From NCBI GenBank assembly GCA_902624575.1, contig CACNXV010000004.1, forward strand, positions 1 to 45,964: DNA of 45,964 nucleotides, given 5' to 3'. The stretch is from an uncultured Fidelibacterota bacterium (GTDB lineage Bacteria > Fidelibacterota > Marinisomatia > Marinisomatales > Marinisomataceae). The notes beneath the pieces were generated by a model. It was not told the DNA's origin. It was given only the letters and a program-made list of their open reading frames with translations, and searched no databases. The number at the start of each line of letters is the position of its first letter. Positions within the stretch are counted from its first letter, which is position 1. Shown one piece after another: positions 38,785 to 45,964 of the stretch. Made by a program: the position numbers and the translations under genes.

Positions 38785-39435
38785 TTATACTTCTACTAAT
38801 TTGCCAGACTGAAGATTAAAGCACTTATCAGCCAATGCTCTAACTTCGTTTAAATCATGAGTAACCATTAGGGAGGTAATTTTATTATCTTGAAGAATTG
38901 ATTTTATTACTGGATATATTTTTGTTTTCAGTTTTTTATCTAAACCTGTAAATGGTTCATCTAACATTAGTACTTTAGGAGTCATAATAATACTTCTTCC
39001 TAAAGCAACCCTCTGTGATTCACCGCCGGATAATTCGTGAGGATATTTTTTTGCCAAATCTGAAATATTAAGTTTTTCCATGATTTCATTACTTAAATCT
39101 TCCTTGCTATTCTTTTTTGATATTCCGAATTCGATATTTTTTCTTACATCGAGGTGTGGAAAGAGAACTTTTTCTTGAATGACAAGGCCTATATTTCTTT
39201 TTTCAGTTGGAACAGAAATTTTATCATTAAATAAAGTTTGAGTATCAAGTATTATCTCACCATTGCTAGGGGATTCTAGTCCACATATAACTCTTAAAAG
39301 ACTTGTCTTTCCTGAGCCAGATTCTCCTGTGATAGCAACCACACTTCCCTTTTCAATTTCAAGATTTAAACCATTTAAAATCTTTTCCTTACCAAAGTAT
39401 AAATCAATATTTTTTACTTTTAAAAAATCTTTCAT
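38785..39435 (-). CDS. futC: Fe(III) ABC transporter ATP-binding subunit (short, no C-terminal regulatory domain)
   Basis: Motifs: GESGSGKT, EKRNIG.V.Q..LFPHL, YPHELSGG, LDEPF, VTHD. Same operon as futAB. Confidence 0.82.
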   Translation of the reverse strand: MKDFLKVKNIDLYFGKEKILNGLNLEIEKGSVVAITGESGSGKTSLLRVICGLESPSNGEIILDTQTLFNDKISVPTEKRNIGLVIQEKVLFPHLDVRKNIEFGISKKNSKEDLSNEIMEKLNISDLAKKYPHELSGGESQRVALGRSIIMTPKVLMLDEPFTGLDKKLKTKIYPVIKSILQDNKITSLMVTHDLNEVRALADKCFNLQSGKLVEV

Positions 39436-39436
39436 T

Positions 39437-41035
39437 CTATTTATTGTTACTTAGAATTAGGTTATTTAAAAAATAGATTGGAATCAAACCAAAAATAATA
39501 ATCACTAATCCAGGAAAAGCAGCTTCAAACATTCTCTCCTCCGAAGCTAGTAAATAAACTGATACTGATAATGTATCAAAATTAAATGGTCTAAGAATTA
39601 AAGTCGCAGGCAATTCTTTTATCAGTTCACCCATTACCAATAAAAAAGCCGTAATTAATCCTGTTCTCAGCAATGGTACATGTATATTTTTCAACAGACT
39701 TAACCTATTCGATCCTAAGGTTTGTGCTGACTCATCAAGCGCAATTGGTATAGATGTAAATGAGGAGTTAAGTACATTATTAGAAATAGCATATGATTTT
39801 ATAATGTAAGCAAGAATCAAACCAAAAATACTTCCTGTAATAAATATATCCAAATTACTTGAAAGAGTATCAATATTAGTGAACATTTTTGTAATGCCAA
39901 CAGCCAATATAAGACCTGGTACTGCATAGCCAGCAGATAATAAATCATTAATAGTTTGAGGTAAGCCAAATGATCTTACTGCAAAATTTATTAATAGAGC
40001 TATAAGACATGTTAACATAGCTGCAGTAAAAGATATGTAAAGGGTATTTTTTGCAGCAATAATTGTTTTTGTCGAAATAAGAGTATCAACTTGACTAGAC
40101 CAATTTAAAAGTTCAAAAACTGGAAGAAAGAATCCAATGAATACAGGTAAAAAACACACTACAAAAGCAATAGCATTATTGAATTTTTTCAATTGAACTG
40201 GTTTGAATGAATTATTTGTTGTAGCAGAATTAGCATATCTAATTTTATTTCGACTCCCTCTTTCAAGTGTCAAAAAAATAAATATGACTAATAGTAGAAT
40301 AGTGGATAGCTGTAAAGCTGTTGTTAAATCATATAGGCCAGTCCAAGTTCTAAAGATTCCTGTTGTAAATGTAGGTATCGCGAAATGTTGAACTGCACCA
40401 AAATCTGCTAAAGTTTCCATGGCAACTAGAGTAATACCAGCAATTATTGCTGGTCTAATTAGAGGAATTGATAGATTAAATAACGTAGATATTGAATTTT
40501 TACCTAAAAGTAATGAAGCTTCAATCACAGATGAAGGTATGTTCATAAAAGCAACTCTAGAAACCATATATACGTAAGGGTAAAGCGTAAAGCCAAATAC
40601 CACAATAGCTCCAAAAATTGTTCTTATGTTAGGAAAAAAGATAACACTACGTTCAGCATCTAATATGTTTCTTAATATATTGTTAGCTGTTCCAGAGTGA
40701 TCAAAGAATTCAGTAAAAACATAGGCTAGTAAGTACGAAGGAACTGCCAGCGGAAGAATAAGAGACCATTGGAAAAAATTTCTTCCATAAAAATTAAAGA
40801 AAGTAACTAACCAAGCTGTTGAAACTCCTATCAAGGTTACTAGGAAAGAAACGCCCAATACCAAGTAAAGAGAATTTAAAGAGTACTCTAATAATAGATT
40901 ATCATATAAATGATAAAAATTGTCAGAAAATCCAGAAAAAATACTTCCTACAATAAAAAGTAATGGCATTAAGAAAATACCAGCAATTAACAGTATTAAA
41001 AAATGCCAAAGACTAAAATTTTTAATTTTAATCAA
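39437..41035 (-). CDS. futB: Fe(III) ABC transporter permease
   Basis: Two permease halves. Motifs: PLAVP.Y..AY, LYPYVY, E.LADFG, GYAVPG, KELPATL.LRPFNFDTL. Confidence 0.92.
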   Translation of the reverse strand: MIKIKNFSLWHFLILLIAGIFLMPLLFIVGSIFSGFSDNFYHLYDNLLLEYSLNSLYLVLGVSFLVTLIGVSTAWLVTFFNFYGRNFFQWSLILPLAVPSYLLAYVFTEFFDHSGTANNILRNILDAERSVIFFPNIRTIFGAIVVFGFTLYPYVYMVSRVAFMNIPSSVIEASLLLGKNSISTLFNLSIPLIRPAIIAGITLVAMETLADFGAVQHFAIPTFTTGIFRTWTGLYDLTTALQLSTILLLVIFIFLTLERGSRNKIRYANSATTNNSFKPVQLKKFNNAIAFVVCFLPVFIGFFLPVFELLNWSSQVDTLISTKTIIAAKNTLYISFTAAMLTCLIALLINFAVRSFGLPQTINDLLSAGYAVPGLILAVGITKMFTNIDTLSSNLDIFITGSIFGLILAYIIKSYAISNNVLNSSFTSIPIALDESAQTLGSNRLSLLKNIHVPLLRTGLITAFLLVMGELIKELPATLILRPFNFDTLSVSVYLLASEERMFEAAFPGLVIIIFGLIPIYFLNNLILSNNK

Positions 41036-41038
41036 GTT

Positions 41039-42109
41039 TTACTGCCAATTTACTCTATCCATCAATTTTACTGCTTCAGGGTTATATTTACCAAAATCAG
41101 CTACAGATGTTTTATCCATTTTAAAAGTACCAAAATTATCAATTAGTGGATGGGGTTTAACTGATTCTAAAACAGGATATTCAAAAGTATTATTAACAAT
41201 GTGATTTTGTGCTTTTTCACTTAACAGAAACGCCAGAAATTTTTCAGCATTCTCTCTGTTTGGTGCATATCTCAAAACTCCACCACCGCTTATATTAATA
41301 TGAGCTCCTCTATTATCTTGATTAGGAAAAGCTATTTTAACTTTCTTAGCAGCGTTCAATTGTTCGTTTCCACCTTTTCCTGATAACATTATCCCGATGT
41401 AGTATGTATTAGCAATTGCAATAGAGGCTTCTTCATTTGCAACTGCCATTATTTGAGATCTATCATTTCCTTGGGGTTTTCTTGCAAAATTAGATACAAG
41501 ACCTTTAGCCCATTCTTCTGTTTTTTCAGCACCTAAATTTGAAATAAGAGATGAAACTAAAGATTGGTTATACATGTTTGAAGAGCTCCTAATCACTACT
41601 CGACCTTCCCAATTTTTATCAGCTAGATCTTCATAATCTATGTTATTAATTTCTTCTTGAGACACCAATGCTGGGTTGTAGAAAATAACTCTTGCTCTTT
41701 TGGCCACAGCTACCCATTCATTATTTTCCCCTCTAAGTTCGGAAGGCACAGTTTGAATTATAGCTTTAGATTGAATGGGTTGTAAGAACCCTTGCTTTTG
41801 AAAATTTGCTAAATTTCCAGCATCAACTGTAAAAAAAATATCTCCAGGAGAATTAACGCCTTCAGCTTTTAATCTTTCTATTAAAGCGCTTCCTTTACCT
41901 GAAATTATATTTACTTTTATACCAGTTTCTTTTGTGAACTCTTCGTAAAGTAAATCATCAGCATCGTAATGACGAGATGTATAAACATTGACCTCTTGAT
42001 TCTTCGGTTCTTCGTTTTTTTGATTTAAAAGTATTGCAATTGGAACTAAAAGAAATATTAGTATTAAGAATTTATTTTTTTTGAACAAACGATATAGAAA
42101 GTCTCCCAT
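41039..42109 (-). CDS. futA: Fe(III) ABC transporter substrate-binding protein (FutA/IdiA type)
   Basis: Motifs: VNVY.SRHY, LIERL..EG.NSP.D, TVDAG, S.N.YNQSL, GNDR.Q, ANTYY, FPNQ..RG.H.NISG. SD AGGGGGT. Confidence 0.95.
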   Translation of the reverse strand: MGDFLYRLFKKNKFLILIFLLVPIAILLNQKNEEPKNQEVNVYTSRHYDADDLLYEEFTKETGIKVNIISGKGSALIERLKAEGVNSPGDIFFTVDAGNLANFQKQGFLQPIQSKAIIQTVPSELRGENNEWVAVAKRARVIFYNPALVSQEEINNIDYEDLADKNWEGRVVIRSSSNMYNQSLVSSLISNLGAEKTEEWAKGLVSNFARKPQGNDRSQIMAVANEEASIAIANTYYIGIMLSGKGGNEQLNAAKKVKIAFPNQDNRGAHINISGGGVLRYAPNRENAEKFLAFLLSEKAQNHIVNNTFEYPVLESVKPHPLIDNFGTFKMDKTSVADFGKYNPEAVKLMDRVNWQ

Positions 42110-42121
42110 TTTTACCCCCTT

Positions 42122-42138
42122 TTGAGATATAATCTCAA
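42122..42138. promoter_or_regulatory. Palindromic Fur-box-like operator upstream of futA
   Basis: TTGAGA-TATAA-TCTCAA resembles the 7-1-7 TGA[TG]AAT-N-ATT[AC]TCA pattern. It lies between the promoter and SD of an iron-uptake operon. Confidence 0.65.
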
Positions 42139-42151
42139 TGTTGATTTGGTA

Positions 42152-42180
42152 AATATAGAGAGAATTTCTATATCATTCAA
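42152..42180 (-). promoter_or_regulatory. Putative promoter TTGAAT-N17-TATATT for futABC
   Basis: -35 at 42180-42175, -10 at 42157-42152. Confidence 0.6.
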
Positions 42181-42199
42181 TAGTGTATAAAAACTAGTA

Positions 42200-42643
42200 C
42201 TACTCAACAATCATATAGCCACGCATTGACATCGCATGTGCTATATAAGTGCAAACGTACAAGTATTTACCTGGTTTTTTTGGTGCAGTAAATTCTATTG
42301 ATGTCTCTCCACCTTTATCAACTAGTTCAGAAAAAACTAAAATTCTCCCGTCTGGATATGGATCACCTCCATTACCTTCAGCGAGCTTAATAATCTGAGC
42401 TGATGCTGATTCATCTTTAAAAATGACAATATTATGTTGCATTTCACCCATGTAGTCTAACGGTGTATTATTTTTTAATACGATTTTTACATTAGATCCA
42501 GCTTTTACAGTGAACTCTTCAACATCATATTTCATTTCAGCTCCTAAAGAGCCAATATTTACTACTTGAGTTTCTTGTGATGAACCACCTCCACAAGAAA
42601 GAATTAAAAATACAGATAGTGTTAACAATAGTTTGTTATACAT
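42200..42643 (-). CDS. Azurin/auracyanin-like blue copper lipoprotein
   Basis: Lipobox ILSC-GGG. Motifs: MKYD..EFTVKAG, QHNIVI, F.AP..PG.Y.YVCTYIAHAMSMRG (His/Cys/His/Met type-1 Cu site). SD GGAGGGG. Confidence 0.92.
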   Translation of the reverse strand: MYNKLLLTLSVFLILSCGGGSSQETQVVNIGSLGAEMKYDVEEFTVKAGSNVKIVLKNNTPLDYMGEMQHNIVIFKDESASAQIIKLAEGNGGDPYPDGRILVFSELVDKGGETSIEFTAPKKPGKYLYVCTYIAHAMSMRGYMIVE

Positions 42644-42652
42644 TTCCCCTCC

Positions 42653-43507
42653 TTATTTGAATTTAGGAAACAGTGAATTTGACTGTTTCATATACTCTTT
42701 GTATTCTGGCCTACTCTTTATCATTGCTTGATCAAGAATAGGGCCAGTAATATAATAAAAAATCATTCCCATAATCAATGGACTTAATGAAGATCCCAAA
42801 ATTATTAAAATATTATTACTTGATATGCTAAAAGTAAAAATGCTAGTCCAGACTACAAGGTCGCCAAAATAGTTTGGATGTCTTGAATATTTCCAGAGTC
42901 CAGCCTTGCAAATTTTTCCTTTATTTTTTGGATCTTTTCTAAATTTTTTTAATTGAATGTCGCTTATGGATTCCCATGCAATACCAATAAAAAATAATGT
43001 GCTACCAAAAAATACTTCAATATAAGATAGAGGGTTTTCATTTAAGTATCCAAAATAGATAGATACACCAACTAAAGTAGCTAAAGCTCCTTGAAGTGAA
43101 AAAACTCTAAAAAAACTAAACCACCAATAATTTGATCCACCTTCTTTTCTCCATTCTACATATCTGAAATCTTCACCATGTCCAATATTTCTAATACCCA
43201 AATGAATAGCAAGCCGCATTCCCCATAGAATCACTAAAAATAGAATCATTAGAGCGCGCTCAGAATAAACTTTATCCATAATCATAATTAGTGAGCTTCC
43301 TAAAACAATAAAAGAAGGACCCCAAAAGATATCTATAATACTAGCATCCTTTAATACAATACTAACTAACCAAAGTATTGTTAAAAAAGATATCACTACA
43401 CCGAAGCCTTGAAGAAGATGTTCACTTGATCCTCCTTCAACAGGAATGTAGGATACACCAAGAATCATTGTAAAAAAAACTATGTTCATTAAAAATATTT
43501 TTTTCAT
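42653..43507 (-). CDS. DUF1295 / steroid 5-alpha-reductase-like membrane protein
   Basis: Motifs: DASIIDIFWG, WG.RL..H, GEDFRY, SD.QL..F, GLWKYSRHPNYFG. Confidence 0.9.
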   Translation of the reverse strand: MKKIFLMNIVFFTMILGVSYIPVEGGSSEHLLQGFGVVISFLTILWLVSIVLKDASIIDIFWGPSFIVLGSSLIMIMDKVYSERALMILFLVILWGMRLAIHLGIRNIGHGEDFRYVEWRKEGGSNYWWFSFFRVFSLQGALATLVGVSIYFGYLNENPLSYIEVFFGSTLFFIGIAWESISDIQLKKFRKDPKNKGKICKAGLWKYSRHPNYFGDLVVWTSIFTFSISSNNILIILGSSLSPLIMGMIFYYITGPILDQAMIKSRPEYKEYMKQSNSLFPKFK

Positions 43508-43508
43508 A

Positions 43509-43802
43509 TTAATACCTCAATATTTCAATATTATTACCAGTTCTGTCTTTTATATAGACAGAAACGGAGCCATCTCTGTGCTTAACGGGTTCACCATAAT
43601 CTTCAACATTATCTTTCAATATTGCAAAATGAAAAGGGTGCTGATCTGGTAAAACAAGTGCAAGTTTGACATTATTAAACTCAAGCATTGCCCATGTTTC
43701 ATCTTCATATAATATGCTGCAACTGAAATTTTCAGTATACCAATTGACAGATTTTTTTATGTTATCTGTACAAATAGCAATGTGATCAATAGTATCTTTC
43801 AT
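43509..43802 (-). CDS. VOC / glyoxalase family protein
   Basis: Motifs: IDHIAI, ..S..WY, HP.H.A, HRDGS.S.Y..D..GN.IE. Confidence 0.88.
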   Translation of the reverse strand: MKDTIDHIAICTDNIKKSVNWYTENFSCSILYEDETWAMLEFNNVKLALVLPDQHPFHFAILKDNVEDYGEPVKHRDGSVSVYIKDRTGNNIEILRY

Positions 43803-43879
43803 GATTTTTTCCTTTAAAAATTAATTTTTCGAATTTTGATAGTGAAAATTAACAAAACAATATGTATTTTGATAATATA

Positions 43880-44494
43880 ATGAATGATAAAATTCCAATT
43901 TTTCCACTACCACTAGTTCTCCTTCCAGGAGAGAAAATTCCTTTGCATATTTTTGAATCAAAATATAAAAAAATGGTAGAGTTTTGTTTGAAATACAATA
44001 AAAAATTCGGAATTGTAAATTCAAAAAACAATGATACTTTATCAATAGGATGTACTGCAGAAATAACCCAGGTTGTTGGCTCAGAAGCTGAAACAGGTGA
44101 GTATGATATTGTTGTTACTGGTATTGAAAGGTTCATTGTAAAAAGCTACAACTTTTCAAAAGATTACAAGCAAGCATATGTTAAAACATGGCAAGACATT
44201 GATGATTCAGTTGATCAAGCATTATTGCAAGAAACTAATATTTTTCTCTATGAAGTTTTAATGAAACTAGGAGCACCATCAAAAATTGCTCAAATAAACA
44301 TGCCAAAAGGGGCTTTTGAAATTGCCTCTATGCTTGATATTGACAAAAGAGCAAAAAAAATGCTATTGAAAAGTCAATCAGAGAAAGATCGCCTAATCAT
44401 TCTTAAAAGAATTCTTAAAAAAGCTATTGTAAAAATTGATTATGATGATCCAGCAAAAATCGGATATCACAATTTCTCTAATTTTGAAGCTTAA
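43880..44494 (+). CDS. Lon peptidase N-terminal (substrate-binding) domain-only protein
   Basis: Motifs: IPIFPL..VLLPGE..PLHIFE..Y..M, IGC.A.I, G..RF. No AAA+ or protease domain. Alternative start at 43862. Confidence 0.9.
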   Translation: MNDKIPIFPLPLVLLPGEKIPLHIFESKYKKMVEFCLKYNKKFGIVNSKNNDTLSIGCTAEITQVVGSEAETGEYDIVVTGIERFIVKSYNFSKDYKQAYVKTWQDIDDSVDQALLQETNIFLYEVLMKLGAPSKIAQINMPKGAFEIASMLDIDKRAKKMLLKSQSEKDRLIILKRILKKAIVKIDYDDPAKIGYHNFSNFEA

Positions 44495-45964
44495 TTTCTT
44501 TTTGGTCTAGAAATTAAATTTATAAAATCATCTATAACTACATATGATACTGGTACTAGCAAAAGAATAACAAATGTAGCAAAAAGAATTCCTACGCCCA
44601 GCGAAATAGCCATAGGTTTCAAAAACAATACCTGCGTTGATTGATTGAAAAGCAATGGAGCAATTCCTAAGAAAGTTGTTAAAGATGTGAGAATAACTGG
44701 TCTAAATCTAGTCCTCACTGCATCAATAACGGCTGGTAGTGTTTCAACGCCTTTTTCTTTTTCCCTGTTAACAAAGACTACTAATAAAAGACTATCATTT
44801 ACAACCACACCTGATAAAGCGACAACACCAAGAAGAGAAAGAACTGACATTGGTTGAAAGAGTATTAGGTGGCCAAGAATAGCACCAACAAATCCAAATG
44901 GAATAGCAGCAAGTATAATAAGAGGTTTGAAATACGATTTAAGTGGTATAGCCAATAGTACAAAAATTGTAAAAATTGCTAAACCAAATTTGACAAAAAT
45001 ATCGTTTAGCTGTTCTGATTGCTCAGCTGGCTCACCCGCCAAGTCAAAACCAATACCTTCTCTTTGCTCAATAATGTCATCAAGCTTTCTCATAGGTTTA
45101 CCTTCAGGATCAATAATTGTAGAAAGAATCATTGCAGCTGTATTTTTACTAACATCAACATCTGATGTAATTTCAACTACTCTTTTTCCATCTATTCTAG
45201 TAATTGCAGATTTACCTGAAACCTCTTTTACTTTAGCAACAGCATATAATGGAATCTGTATTCCAGAATTAGTTCTTATTCTTAAGTTTTCTAAAGTTCT
45301 TGCATTATCTCTTTCTTCTTTTGTGAGCTTTAGCATAACCTTAATATCGTCATCACCTCTTTGAATTCTTTGAACTTCTTCACCGTAAAACGCTTGTCTA
45401 ACTTGCTTAGCAATATCAGCAGTAGTTAAACCATAGGACTCAGCGGACGGAAGTAGTTCAACTTGCAGTTCATTCTTTCCAATCTTATCAGAGTCATTTA
45501 AATCATAAATACCGCTAAATGTCTTTAAAAGTTGTTTTGTATCAGAAACTACTGCATTTAATTCTCCAAAATTGTCTCCAGTAAATTGAAAATGAATAGG
45601 TTTACCAGCACTAAAAATATTCGCACTAAAGTTTAATCTTTCAACTCCTGGTATAATCCCGACCCTATCTCTAAGAATTGTTATAATATCATAGGCGCCA
45701 GTTAAACCCCATCTCGAATCAGCAGGAGTCAATACAACCACAACCTCACCTTTATGTGGAGTAGATATGGATTGAACAGTAGGGCCTGTTGGACTATTTT
45801 CTGCTTCTTGATCACTAAAGTATTGTGCACCAACTGTTGTTAAAACATGAGCGATTATTGTTTTACCGCTTTCAGAGTTTAGCTCATCCATAAGTTTCAA
45901 AGCTTCATTTTCAATAATTTTTGTAACCTTTGAAGTTTCCGAAATAAGTGTTCCTTCGGGTAAA
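44491..45964 (-). CDS. RND efflux transporter permease (AcrB/AcrD/AcrF family), 5'-truncated by the window edge
   Basis: Frame stays open to the window end. Motifs: I.R.DG.R, PL.I..AIPF..GA, GVVVNDS, RFRPVILTS.TT, PMAISL..G. Confidence 0.95.
   Translation of the reverse strand, partial: LPEGTLISETSKVTKIIENEALKLMDELNSESGKTIIAHVLTTVGAQYFSDQEAENSPTGPTVQSISTPHKGEVVVVLTPADSRWGLTGAYDIITILRDRVGIIPGVERLNFSANIFSAGKPIHFQFTGDNFGELNAVVSDTKQLLKTFSGIYDLNDSDKIGKNELQVELLPSAESYGLTTADIAKQVRQAFYGEEVQRIQRGDDDIKVMLKLTKEERDNARTLENLRIRTNSGIQIPLYAVAKVKEVSGKSAITRIDGKRVVEITSDVDVSKNTAAMILSTIIDPEGKPMRKLDDIIEQREGIGFDLAGEPAEQSEQLNDIFVKFGLAIFTIFVLLAIPLKSYFKPLIILAAIPFGFVGAILGHLILFQPMSVLSLLGVVALSGVVVNDSLLLVVFVNREKEKGVETLPAVIDAVRTRFRPVILTSLTTFLGIAPLLFNQSTQVLFLKPMAISLGVGILFATFVILLLVPVSYVVIDDFINLISRPKRN

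Noticed and set aside
867-45364. Numerous other 60-145 aa antisense or out-of-frame ORFs in the track (e.g. 6384-6758, 23486-23902, 44927-45364)
   Set aside because: All lie within well-supported genes and show the Ser/Ile/Phe/Leu-rich composition expected from antisense reading.
1-45964. CRISPR arrays, IS elements, prophage, defence systems, programmed frameshifts or selenocysteine read-through
   Set aside because: No spaced repeats, transposase, phage or nuclease genes or split ORFs were seen; TGA-terminated genes end at family-appropriate positions.

Overview
This is an AT-rich, extremely compact bacterial chromosome segment made mostly of housekeeping genes. It holds ligA (partial), carAB, gcvP, tRNA-Lys, tmRNA, argS, rsfS, mnmA, ggt, a TonB-dependent receptor, glyQS, ccmH, topA, hisS, lptD, two SDRs, an Fe(III) ABC transporter, a blue-copper lipoprotein and a partial RND permease. 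Single-chain GlyRS, uridyltransferase-only GlmU, FCB-type LptD/OstA, TopA with C-terminal repeats, marine-type FutABC and strong streamlining suggest a streamlined marine FCB-related bacterium such as Marinimicrobia/SAR406 (inference only). I saw no integrase, transposase, prophage, CRISPR array or defence system. The most interesting signals are subtle. They are a candidate ~77-nt small RNA between tRNA-Lys and tmRNA, a tmRNA tag ending in -AFA, and an apparent OstA/LptA-LptD fusion. Others are a TBDR-ggt-degenerate amidohydrolase locus with a structured leader, a compact Tat-lipoprotein flavin amine oxidase, recurrent TAnnTT -10 boxes implying near-leaderless mRNAs, two divergent genes whose start codons share one CATG, and a Fur-like operator at futA. 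All family assignments come from motif recognition by eye; no searches were run.
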